Source of the DNA: Verrucomicrobiia bacterium
GTDB taxonomy: Bacteria > Verrucomicrobiota > Verrucomicrobiia > Verrucomicrobiales > Akkermansiaceae
NCBI GenBank assembly: GCA_030432565.1
Contig: JAUIGV010000002.1
Span: 222,082 to 286,081, forward strand
Direction of reading: 5' to 3'
DNA: 64,000 nt
Shown here: positions 9,836 through 17,901 of the stretch, piece by piece
Layout of the letters: each line of letters begins with the position of its first letter
Position numbering within the stretch: position 1 is the stretch's first letter
Made by a program: the position numbers and the translations under genes
The notes under the pieces: model-generated
What the model saw: only the letters and a program-made list of their open reading frames with translations
Told to the model about the DNA's origin: nothing
Database searches by the model: none

Positions 9836-10567
9836 ATGAGTGACCTTGCAGCGATCCGAAATTTCAAACGAGTGGTCTTGAAACTCAGCGGTGAAGCCTT
9901 ACGGGCTTCCGGGAGTCACGACAATATTTCACCCGAAATCGTTGAGCGAATTGCTCGCGAGATTCATGAAGCCCGGCAGGTTGCGGATGTGGAACTTGCG
10001 ATTGTCGTTGGCGGTGGCAATTTCTGGCGAGGAGCCTCGGCAAGTGCGCGGGGAATGGATCGTGCAACAGCCGATTACGTGGGGATGCTGGCAACGGTGA
10101 TGAATGCCTTGGCCCTGCAAGCTGCGCTGGAACAGGAGGGGGAGGAGTGTATCGTTCATTCTGCGATCCACATGCAAAATGTGGCCGAACCTTTTATCCG
10201 CCGTAAAGCATCCCGGCAGATGTCGCGCGGGGCGATCGTGATCTTTGCGGCCGGTACCGGGAGTCCATTCTTTTCGACCGACACCACTGCGGCGCTGCGT
10301 GCCAACGAGATGAATGCCGACGTCATCTTCAAGGCCACCATGGTGGATGGTGTTTACGATTCGGATCCCAAGAAGAACCCTGATGCTGTTCGCTATGAGA
10401 CCGTGTCATTCCGCGAGTGCATCAGTAGCGAGCTTGGCGTTATGGATGCCACTGCGTTTAGTCTTTGCATGGATAACGATATTCCCATCATTGTTTTTGA
10501 CCTCGGGAAGGAAGGAAACATCCAACTCGCTCTCAATCGCCAGGAGATTGGCACCATCGTTCATTAA
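9836..10567 (+). CDS. pyrH: UMP kinase
   Basis: The ORF track starts at TTG 9809; the in-frame ATG at 9836 gives [22 protein letters not shown]. Motifs [10 protein letters not shown] and [12 protein letters not shown] are present. Confidence 0.93.
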   Translation: MSDLAAIRNFKRVVLKLSGEALRASGSHDNISPEIVERIAREIHEARQVADVELAIVVGGGNFWRGASASARGMDRATADYVGMLATVMNALALQAALEQEGEECIVHSAIHMQNVAEPFIRRKASRQMSRGAIVIFAAGTGSPFFSTDTTAALRANEMNADVIFKATMVDGVYDSDPKKNPDAVRYETVSFRECISSELGVMDATAFSLCMDNDIPIIVFDLGKEGNIQLALNRQEIGTIVH

Positions 10568-10592
10568 TTAATCACTTAAAATACCACTACCC

Positions 10593-11159
10593 ATGGAAGC
10601 AGCGGAAGCACTCAAACAGGTCGAAGAGGCCATGAAGAAGGCGGTCGAGCACACCAGCTCGGAGTTCACCTCGATCCGGACCGGCAAGGCCTCACCGGCC
10701 TTGGTCGAAAACCTCGATGTGTCGGTTGCCGCGTATGGCAGCGTCATGAAATTGAATGGTCTCGCTGTCATCACCGCGCCGGAGCCCCGGATGCTGGTGG
10801 TTCAACCCTTCGATCCTTCGACCGCAGGCGATATCGAGAGAGCAATTCGCGAAAGCAAGCTCGGCTTAAATCCAGTGAATGAGGGACAGCGGATCCGACT
10901 TCCAATTCCCGAGCTCTCCGAGGAGCGCCGCGTGGAGCTTGTGAAATCGGTAAAGTCGATGTCCGAGGAAGGTCGGGTCAGTGTTCGTGGCGCCCGCAAG
11001 GATGGCATGGATTTGGGTAAAAAAATGAAATCCGACAACACGCTCACCGAGGATGGTCAGCGCGACTACGAAGCGAGCGTGCAGGAGCTCACTGATAAAT
11101 ACGTCAAGCAGATTGACGAATTGACGGAGGCCAAGGAGAAAGAGGTAATGACGGTATAG
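10593..11159 (+). CDS. frr: Ribosome recycling factor
   Basis: 188 aa. SIRTGKASPALVENLDV...VITAPEPRMLVVQPFDPS...LNPVNEGQRIRLPIPELSEERR. It follows pyrH, which is the conserved pyrH-frr pairing. Confidence 0.95.
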   Translation: MEAAEALKQVEEAMKKAVEHTSSEFTSIRTGKASPALVENLDVSVAAYGSVMKLNGLAVITAPEPRMLVVQPFDPSTAGDIERAIRESKLGLNPVNEGQRIRLPIPELSEERRVELVKSVKSMSEEGRVSVRGARKDGMDLGKKMKSDNTLTEDGQRDYEASVQELTDKYVKQIDELTEAKEKEVMTV

Positions 11160-11183
11160 CCGCCTTCAGATCGTTCACAAAAA

Positions 11184-11221
11184 CTCTCTCCCGAATCTCA
11201 GACCGGGAGAGAGTTTTTTTT
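11184..11221. terminator. Rho-independent terminator, bidirectional (frr / membrane sHSP)
   Basis: A perfect 10-bp stem, ctctctcccg (11184-11193) pairing with cgggagagag (11204-11213), is followed by T8 on the plus strand. On the minus strand the stem is followed by TTTTGTG. Confidence 0.8.
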
Positions 11222-11238
11222 ATGCCTTGGGGGGAACC

Positions 11239-11946
11239 TCAGCTGATTTCCGGGGCCTTGGTGACGGTGATGATTAATTTTCCATCTACATATCTTGTCT
11301 CAAACCGGTCGCTGAGAACATCTCCCGGAAAGGTGAACGTTTTTTTCAAATGGCTGCGGGTGTTTGACCTCAGCAGGATACTACCCGGCTTCTCATCCGA
11401 ACGCGTCACCTCCCTTTTCCCGGTGACGGTGAGGGTGCGCCCTTCGATGGAGACCTCGAGTTCGTTTTCATCCATCCCGGGAACCGACATGGTCACCTGA
11501 TACTCGCGATCGTTTTCAGTCATATGGCTGTTGGTTTGCCAGGAATCTCCTTGTCGAAACCAATCGCGCCCGAAATCGAAGGGGCTTTGCCAGAAAGAGT
11601 CGGGACTACCCTCGTGCTTGGTGGTCCCATCCCGATTGCTAAAGAGGCTCTCAAACGGATCCCGCCTCCATTCGTCAATCATGGAGAATGGCTCGGAGTC
11701 ATCGGGGGAGTTTCCCTCTGATTCCAAATCCCGGAGTCCTTGCCCGGCCATCGACAGCATCAAGCGGTCGAGCCGCTCACCAAGATCAGTGGTGACCTCT
11801 TTTTGAGAAGACATCCGGATTAGGAAAAATGCTTGCACGGAGACTGCAATGATCAGGGCTACGACCAGCCCAACCAACACAGGCTTGCGGAGATACCAAG
11901 GAGATGGCGCTTTCATGGTCTTCGTTTTCGTTACTTTTGAATTCAT
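11239..11946 (-). CDS. Membrane-anchored Hsp20/alpha-crystallin-domain protein
   Basis: 235 aa. Basic N-terminus (KVTKTKTMK..RK), one TM span (PVLVGLVVALIIAVSVQAFFLI), a linker, then an alpha-crystallin domain (YQVTMSVPGMDENELEVSIEGRTLTVTGKRE...DGKLIITVTK). The start lies 28 nt after the DegP stop. Confidence 0.8.
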   Translation of the reverse strand: MNSKVTKTKTMKAPSPWYLRKPVLVGLVVALIIAVSVQAFFLIRMSSQKEVTTDLGERLDRLMLSMAGQGLRDLESEGNSPDDSEPFSMIDEWRRDPFESLFSNRDGTTKHEGSPDSFWQSPFDFGRDWFRQGDSWQTNSHMTENDREYQVTMSVPGMDENELEVSIEGRTLTVTGKREVTRSDEKPGSILLRSNTRSHLKKTFTFPGDVLSDRFETRYVDGKLIITVTKAPEIS

Positions 11947-11974
11947 GGTTCCGGGAACTTTCCAGGTTGATGAT

Positions 11975-13453
11975 TCAGGAGGTTTTCACAGCGACGTAGC
12001 GTGATCCGTTTTCGCCAATGATTCGCAGAAGAAGGAGCTTGCCCTGTTTTTCTCCAAGGGCATTTTCTGCGACTTCGAAGGCGTCTTCAACGCCCGTGAC
12101 GGGAGTCCGGTTGATTCCGGTGATCATTTCACCCGGCGAGAGCTTGGCACGGGAGGCCGGTGAGTCGGGCGCAACACTTTCGATAATCACTCCGGTGGTG
12201 CCCTCCGGGAGTGCAAGACGAGAGCGGTCCTCATCCGTCACGTCCGCGACTTGGAGCCCGGGGACAAGCTCACCGGGGAGGGTGCCGTTTCTTGTTTGGG
12301 TTGGACGCCCGGATCTTGAGGAAATCCGGCGATCCTGCGATCCGATTTGGCATTTGATTTCGAGCTCCTTTCCTTCGCGAATGATCTTGAAGAGAGCTTC
12401 GGTCCCTGGCTGGGCGGTGCCAACGAGAAGGCGAAGTCGTGCGGCCCCGTCAACCGGGCGATCGTTAAGATGAGTCACGACGTCGCCATCCTGTAATCCT
12501 GCTTTTTCCGCCGGAGAATCGGGCATCACCTCGTGAATCACGGCCCCGTCTTCGTCAACGCCGAGAGCCTGGGCCAAATCCGGAGTGAGGTCTCCGAGAT
12601 GCACCCCAAGGTAGCCCCTGCGCACCTCACCGTAGTTGATGATTTGTTCGGTGATGTTGACAACGAGGTCGCTCGGGATCGCGAAGCCAATGCCAAGATT
12701 GCCACCGCTGCGGGAGAAGATCGCAGTGTTGATGCCGATCATACGCCCCTTGTTGTCCACCAGAGCCCCTCCGGAATTTCCCGGATTGATGGACGCATCC
12801 GTCTGGATGAAGTCCTCGTATCCCGCTTCCCCGGTGATGCCGAGATCGGTCCGACCAAGGGCACTGATAATTCCGTGGGTGACGGTGTTGGAAAGGTTAA
12901 AAGGGCTTCCGATGGCGAGGGCAAAGTCTCCGGCTTTAAGGTTCTTGGTCGATCCGATCCGAACGGTTGGAAAATCGGTGCCGTCGATTTTCAGAACGGC
13001 GAGGTCGGTGGCTTCGTCAAAGCCAATGATCTTGGCGTCGTAAAGATCGCCATCATTGCCAACCGCCACCTTGATATCATCCGCTTCGCGAATGACGTGA
13101 TGGTTTGTGACCACGTAGCCATCCTTTGTCAGAATGACCCCCGAACCAGTTCCCTTTGGCTGGGGAATAATCTCCCGGCCGGGAAGCATCTGCCTCCGTT
13201 GGAAGAGGCGTCCGGTAAAGGGATCGAAAAATCTTCGGTTTGCGATCTTCGGAACGGCGACGTTCTGGGTGGAGGCAATGCTGACCACAGCCGGGGCAAC
13301 CTTCTCGACGATTGGAGCATATCCGGCATGGGCTCCTTCTCTTAGTGGTGGATCCGAATCGATGCCGAGTCTGAGTTCGTCGGCGGATGAGTGGAGGGTG
13401 ATTGCCAGAAAGGCGCTTGTTAGAAATTGGGTGGTGTTTTGTTTGAATTTCAT
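11975..13453 (-). CDS. Periplasmic serine endoprotease DegP/HtrA (Do family, two PDZ domains)
   Basis: The ORF track extends to 13597; I prefer the ATG at 13453, which gives MKFKQNTTQFLTSAFLAITL (signal peptide). Trypsin-like core: VVTNHHV, DLAVLKI, TDASINPGNSGGALV. Two PDZ-like regions follow. Confidence 0.9.
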   Translation of the reverse strand: MKFKQNTTQFLTSAFLAITLHSSADELRLGIDSDPPLREGAHAGYAPIVEKVAPAVVSIASTQNVAVPKIANRRFFDPFTGRLFQRRQMLPGREIIPQPKGTGSGVILTKDGYVVTNHHVIREADDIKVAVGNDGDLYDAKIIGFDEATDLAVLKIDGTDFPTVRIGSTKNLKAGDFALAIGSPFNLSNTVTHGIISALGRTDLGITGEAGYEDFIQTDASINPGNSGGALVDNKGRMIGINTAIFSRSGGNLGIGFAIPSDLVVNITEQIINYGEVRRGYLGVHLGDLTPDLAQALGVDEDGAVIHEVMPDSPAEKAGLQDGDVVTHLNDRPVDGAARLRLLVGTAQPGTEALFKIIREGKELEIKCQIGSQDRRISSRSGRPTQTRNGTLPGELVPGLQVADVTDEDRSRLALPEGTTGVIIESVAPDSPASRAKLSPGEMITGINRTPVTGVEDAFEVAENALGEKQGKLLLLRIIGENGSRYVAVKTS

Positions 13454-13479
13454 ACGGCGGGAAGCTGCCACGAGATTAT

Positions 13480-13524
13480 TTCGGGAAGATTTCCGCTGGA
13501 TTACACCACTGTAATCTTCGGGAA
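13480..13524. promoter_or_regulatory. Candidate operator in the divergent degP / hsp20 promoter region
   Basis: Two copies of TTCGGGAA (13480-13487 and 13517-13524) flank a 7-bp inverted repeat, GATTACA-ccac-TGTAATC (13499-13516). The element lies in the 130-bp divergent intergenic region. Confidence 0.3.
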
Positions 13525-13583
13525 ATGTTGGGGTAAGACGGGGGGTGCAAGGTGTCGGCTGTAAATCAAACCCAACCAAGAAA

Positions 13584-14015
13584 ATGATAGAACTCATTCG
13601 TTACGAACATCCGGAATTATCAACAGCCGACCCGCTCGATCGGGTCTTTTCGCCATTTTTCGGGGGCTTCAACCGCCCGGGAGGTCGGGCGGGAAGCCTA
13701 TTTGGCGGAGATCATGTCCATTCCCCTGGAGTTGACCTTTACGAAGGGGCGGATGGATATCGCGCAACCATGACTCTTCCCGGCTTCACGAAAGACAAAG
13801 TCAAAATTGAATTGAACAACGCTGTGCTCACGGTATCCGCGGAATCTGGATCGAAAGGCGGGGATGATGTTTCCCATGCCAAAGTGACACGGTCTTTCTC
13901 AGTTCCCGAAGGAGTCAATAGCAGTGGGATCAGAGCCAAAATGAAAGATGGAATGCTCTATTTGCATTTGCCGAAGGATGAGGAGCGCCGCCCGGTGGCC
14001 ATTGACATCGAATAA
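13584..14015 (+). CDS. Hsp20/alpha-crystallin family small heat-shock protein
   Basis: The in-frame ATG at 13584 gives MIELIRYEHPEL. Alpha-crystallin domain: VDLYEGADGYRATMTLPGFTKDKVKIELNNAVLTVSAE...KMKDGMLYLHLPK. Confidence 0.88.
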   Translation: MIELIRYEHPELSTADPLDRVFSPFFGGFNRPGGRAGSLFGGDHVHSPGVDLYEGADGYRATMTLPGFTKDKVKIELNNAVLTVSAESGSKGGDDVSHAKVTRSFSVPEGVNSSGIRAKMKDGMLYLHLPKDEERRPVAIDIE

Positions 14016-14042
14016 GAAAATCCAAACGAAAAACCAAGTAAG

Positions 14043-14447
14043 ATGAAAACTAATGCCAGCAAAGTGAAGGAAGACTCCAGGGCGTTGACCAAGACCGATG
14101 ACCGGGATGAAAAACCAACAATTTGGTTGCGCCCGGAATATCGGATCAAACCTCTCGAAAACGGAGATTACCAGTTGGTTGTTGAGCTTCCGGGAGTCTC
14201 CAAAAAAGAGGTCGAGGTTTCTCTGGAGAAAGATGTTCTGACGATCATTGGTCGTCGGCCCACCCTCCATGACAAAGGATGGAAGCCTTTGTTTCAGGAG
14301 ATTCCACGAGGAGATTTTCGTTTGGCAATGACGCTGAATCTCAAGGTGGATGGCGAGCGGATCTCCGCACATGTGGAGAACGGTGTTTTGACGCTCAATC
14401 TACCTATTGTTGAGGCGGCAAAGCCACGCGAAATCGCGATTGAATGA
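14043..14447 (+). CDS. Hsp20/alpha-crystallin family small heat-shock protein (second copy)
   Basis: 134 aa. DYQLVVELPGVSKKEVEVSLEKDVLTIIGRR...HVENGVLTLNLP. Confidence 0.85.
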   Translation: MKTNASKVKEDSRALTKTDDRDEKPTIWLRPEYRIKPLENGDYQLVVELPGVSKKEVEVSLEKDVLTIIGRRPTLHDKGWKPLFQEIPRGDFRLAMTLNLKVDGERISAHVENGVLTLNLPIVEAAKPREIAIE

Positions 14448-14503
14448 CCGTCGTGAGACCGAAGGTGTTTTTCAGTTCCACGGTATCAACGCGAAGCCAA
14501 AAG

Positions 14504-14536
14504 CCGCTCCCGCGATCAGCGGGAGCGGTCTTTTTT
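14504..14536 (+). terminator. Rho-independent terminator after the hsp20 pair
   Basis: The stem ccgctcccgc / gcgggagcgg has a 5-nt loop and is followed by tcTTTTTT. Confidence 0.8.
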
Positions 14537-14609
14537 CACGTGGCCTCTTGAAACTGATGACTGGCGGATGCCGTGGATGATGCTTTTATTCATCCAGCTT
14601 TAAAGTCCG

Positions 14610-15302
14610 ATGAAGGTGCTGATCATTGAAGATGACCGGAAGACCGCTTCCTTTGTTGAGAAGGGAATGAAGGAGGCGGGCATGGTGGTAGATGTTTGTC
14701 ATGACGGGCATGAGGGTCTCGATCAGGCTCTCGTCCATGACTATGACGTCGCGGTGATTGACGTCATGTTGCCCGGGTTGGACGGGCTTTCGGTTGTTGA
14801 AGCCATGAGGGCCGAAGAGGTGTCGACCCCGGTGCTGATTTTGAGTGCAAAACGGTCGGTGAGTGATCGGATCGAGGGATTAAAAAAGGGTGGGGACGAT
14901 TACATGGTGAAACCGTTTTCCTTTTCCGAATTGCTGGCCCGGGTTGAGGCTCTGGTGAGGCGGAGACTGAGGGTCGAGGGTGAAGCCAGGAATCCGGGAA
15001 GTACGATTCTCCGGTTCGAGGGGGTGGAGTTGGATCCATGGAAGCGGGAAGTCCGGCGGGATGGTCAGGTCATGTCGCTTCACACCCGCGAATTCACCCT
15101 GCTCGAGTATCTGATGAGGAATGCCGGGAGGGTGGTTTCAAAGACCTCAATTCTGGAGCATGTTTACGATTACAGTTTTGATCCCCAGACAAATGTGGTT
15201 GATGTGTTGGTTTGCCGCCTGAGGAACAAACTCGACAAGAAGTTTGAACGTAAGCTTTTGCACACCGTGCGTGGAGTGGGATATGTTCTTAAGTCAGGAT
15301 AA
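14610..15302 (+). CDS. OmpR-family response regulator (CusR/CopR-like)
   Basis: 230 aa. Receiver domain MKVLIIEDD...VIDVMLPGLDG...GGDDYMVKPFSFSELLARV, plus a winged helix ending TVRGVGYVL. Confidence 0.92.
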   Translation: MKVLIIEDDRKTASFVEKGMKEAGMVVDVCHDGHEGLDQALVHDYDVAVIDVMLPGLDGLSVVEAMRAEEVSTPVLILSAKRSVSDRIEGLKKGGDDYMVKPFSFSELLARVEALVRRRLRVEGEARNPGSTILRFEGVELDPWKREVRRDGQVMSLHTREFTLLEYLMRNAGRVVSKTSILEHVYDYSFDPQTNVVDVLVCRLRNKLDKKFERKLLHTVRGVGYVLKSG

Positions 15303-16695
15303 GTCTGGTGGGATTTCTTCGCCGGCTTCCGACTTTGGTTGGAAGTCGGGGATTCGGCTGGCCACTTACTACACCCTCTTGCTGGGAGGATTGATGGGCG
15401 CGATTTTTTTCGTCGCCTATCATGCCATTGCGTCGACGGCGAAGTCAGCAGAGCTCAAAATGGTTCGCAATCATGCGCTCGAGTATCGTGCGTGGTATCT
15501 CAGCGGTGAGTTGGAGAAACTGGAGAGAAGAATGAGCGAGCAATTTGTGCAGGAAGGCGACGTGCTCTTCGTGAGAATCAAAGGTCTGGATTTTGACTAC
15601 GTAAATTTTAATTCCCAGGAGACTACCATGCCTCCGGTCGCTGCCATTCACGATTTGGATCCTGAAACCAACGGGGCAGACGTGGCACTCGGGCGGCGGA
15701 ATTGGGCCATCGCCTCGATTCCGCTGGGACCGGAGGGATTTACGATTCAAGCGGGGAAAAATAGTCGTTCGCTGGACGGAGCGTTGAGCGATTTTCGGAA
15801 GGTTTTTCTTCTGACGGCAATTCCCGGCTGTCTGTTGTCGGTCTTAGGAGGAACATTTCTCACCTATCGGACCTTGTCGCCAATTCGTCGCTTGATTCAA
15901 GTGATGGAGCGAATCCTCGAGAGCGGGGAGTTGGGCGGGCGCGCGGTGCCGGAGCGCGGGAGGAACGAGTTGAATGCCTTGGTGGATTTGTTCAACCGGC
16001 TTCTGGGCCGTAATGAGAAACTCATTCAAGGGATGAGGGATTCACTTGATTATGTTGCGCACGATTTGAGGACTCCGGTAAGCCGGTTGCGGATGACATC
16101 GGGTCGGGCCTTGGAAGAGGAACGTAATGAGGAACAGCTCCGCGAGGCCCTCGCTGACTGTGTCGAGGAAAGTGGATACATCGAGGAGTTGCTCACTATT
16201 TTGATGAACGTGGCGGAGGCAAAGGCGGGAGCCATGAAGCTTTCCCGCGAAAGGTTCCGGGTACGTTCGCTTCTGGAAGACGTGGTTGAATTGTATGAGT
16301 TTGTCGGAGAGGAGAAGGGAATTCGGATTAAAGTGTCCTGCCCGGAGGAGTTGTTTGTCGAAGGGGACCGAACGAGATTGGCCCAGGCCATGGCAAACCT
16401 GGTGGACAATGCCATCAAATACAGTGATTCAAATTCTGCGATTGAAGTGTTGGGAAAGGAAGACGATGGACACGTTTTGATCGAAGTCCGTGATGGGGGG
16501 ATCGGAATCTCCGGTAAGGATTTGCCACATGTGTGGAAACGGCTCTACCGTGCTGATCCAAGCAGAATGCGAGCTGGAATGGGATTGGGGCTAAGCCTGG
16601 TCAAGGCCATCGTGGAGGCTCATGGCGGGACGGTCTCGGTTAAAAGTGAAACTGGGAAGGGATCTGTTTTCGCAATTCGAATTCCCCTGAACTAG
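15283..16695 (+). CDS. Sensor histidine kinase (periplasmic sensor, HAMP, HisKA, HATPase_c)
   Basis: The ATG at 15283 overlaps the response-regulator gene by 20 nt. H-box YVAHDLRTPVSRL, N-box NLVDNAIKYS, G-boxes VRDGGIGI and GMGLGLSLV. Two TM segments flank a roughly 130-aa sensor loop. Confidence 0.9.
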   Translation: MFLSQDKSGGISSPASDFGWKSGIRLATYYTLLLGGLMGAIFFVAYHAIASTAKSAELKMVRNHALEYRAWYLSGELEKLERRMSEQFVQEGDVLFVRIKGLDFDYVNFNSQETTMPPVAAIHDLDPETNGADVALGRRNWAIASIPLGPEGFTIQAGKNSRSLDGALSDFRKVFLLTAIPGCLLSVLGGTFLTYRTLSPIRRLIQVMERILESGELGGRAVPERGRNELNALVDLFNRLLGRNEKLIQGMRDSLDYVAHDLRTPVSRLRMTSGRALEEERNEEQLREALADCVEESGYIEELLTILMNVAEAKAGAMKLSRERFRVRSLLEDVVELYEFVGEEKGIRIKVSCPEELFVEGDRTRLAQAMANLVDNAIKYSDSNSAIEVLGKEDDGHVLIEVRDGGIGISGKDLPHVWKRLYRADPSRMRAGMGLGLSLVKAIVEAHGGTVSVKSETGKGSVFAIRIPLN

Positions 16696-16760
16696 CAGTT
16701 TGAGGAGCTGGTCAGGATATCCGGCTTGGCAGGGCCGGCAAATGAGTAAAGGATCGACGA

Positions 16761-17840
16761 ATGCCCGTTCTCTGGTTTTCCTTGGTAGCCACAATCATTC
16801 TGCTGGTTCTTCGGGTGATTTTTTTTAAAGGACCGTATTCGCGTGTTTCGCCTCCGCCGAAAGGGATCCTGGATATGCACTGCCACACAGCAGGGTTTGG
16901 GGCTGGTGGAAGTGGTGCGAGAGTTTCGAAGGCTTTGCGTGAGAGCTGGAAATTTAAACTTTATCTCAGAATCTTTGGAACGAGTGAGGAGGAGGTAAGC
17001 GAAAAGGGGGACGGGATTGTTATGGATGTCATTGTAAGTCAGATCTCGGAGTCAAGATATGTGGATGACGTCGTCATTCTTGCGATGGATGCTCCTTATG
17101 ATGAAGAGGGAATTCTCATCGAAGATGAGATCGAGGTCTATGTGCCGAATCGCTTTGTTGGCGAGTCTGTGATGAAGAGGAAGGGGCTTCACTTTGGCGC
17201 GAGCGTTCATCCAAACCGGAAAGATGCTCTCAAGGAATTGGAGTGGTCTAAAAAGAATGGAGCGATCTTTGTGAAGTGGCTTCCTAACATCCAGGGAATC
17301 GATCCATCGGATGTAAGGTATCGTGACTACTACCTCAAGATGGTGGAGCTCGATCTCCCGCTTCTGACCCACGTGGGCGATGAAGATTCCTTTTCGCGAA
17401 CCGACAATGCGCTCGGTGATCCCAGGTTGCTCAAGCTTCCCTTGGAATGCGGGGTCCGGATTATCGCGGCCCACGTTGCGAGTTCGGGCGAGCGGGAAGG
17501 GGTTGAGAATATCGAACGCTTGCTGGAAATGATGCCTGATTATCAAAATCTCCATGCTGATATTTCCACATTGACGCAAGCGAATCGGAGCAAGTATTTG
17601 CCGCAAGTGCTCAACGACGAGAGGCTGAAAGGCCGCCTTATGTATGGCACCGATTATCCGCTGACAAATACTCCGCTCGTGACCGCTTTGCAGTTTCCGC
17701 TGCGCCTTACGATCAGGCAGATAGTTGATATTGTGCTGACGAAAAACTCCTGGGACCGGGATGTGAAGCTGAAGGCCGCTCTCGGTTGTCCCAACGAGGT
17801 TTTCGAATTGAGCCGCCGTTTTTTGAAGCTCGACCCGTAA
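16761..17840 (+). CDS. Membrane-anchored amidohydrolase-superfamily (TIM-barrel metal hydrolase) protein
   Basis: 359 aa. N-terminal TM segment, LDMHCHTAG, and C-terminal MYGTDYPL, typical of the Amidohydro_2-like family. Confidence 0.7.
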   Translation: MPVLWFSLVATIILLVLRVIFFKGPYSRVSPPPKGILDMHCHTAGFGAGGSGARVSKALRESWKFKLYLRIFGTSEEEVSEKGDGIVMDVIVSQISESRYVDDVVILAMDAPYDEEGILIEDEIEVYVPNRFVGESVMKRKGLHFGASVHPNRKDALKELEWSKKNGAIFVKWLPNIQGIDPSDVRYRDYYLKMVELDLPLLTHVGDEDSFSRTDNALGDPRLLKLPLECGVRIIAAHVASSGEREGVENIERLLEMMPDYQNLHADISTLTQANRSKYLPQVLNDERLKGRLMYGTDYPLTNTPLVTALQFPLRLTIRQIVDIVLTKNSWDRDVKLKAALGCPNEVFELSRRFLKLDP

Positions 17841-17901
17841 GCGAAACGATCAGGGGGCGATGGGGGGCATTCGTCGATTATTTACCCAAGATTACTGTGG
17901 T

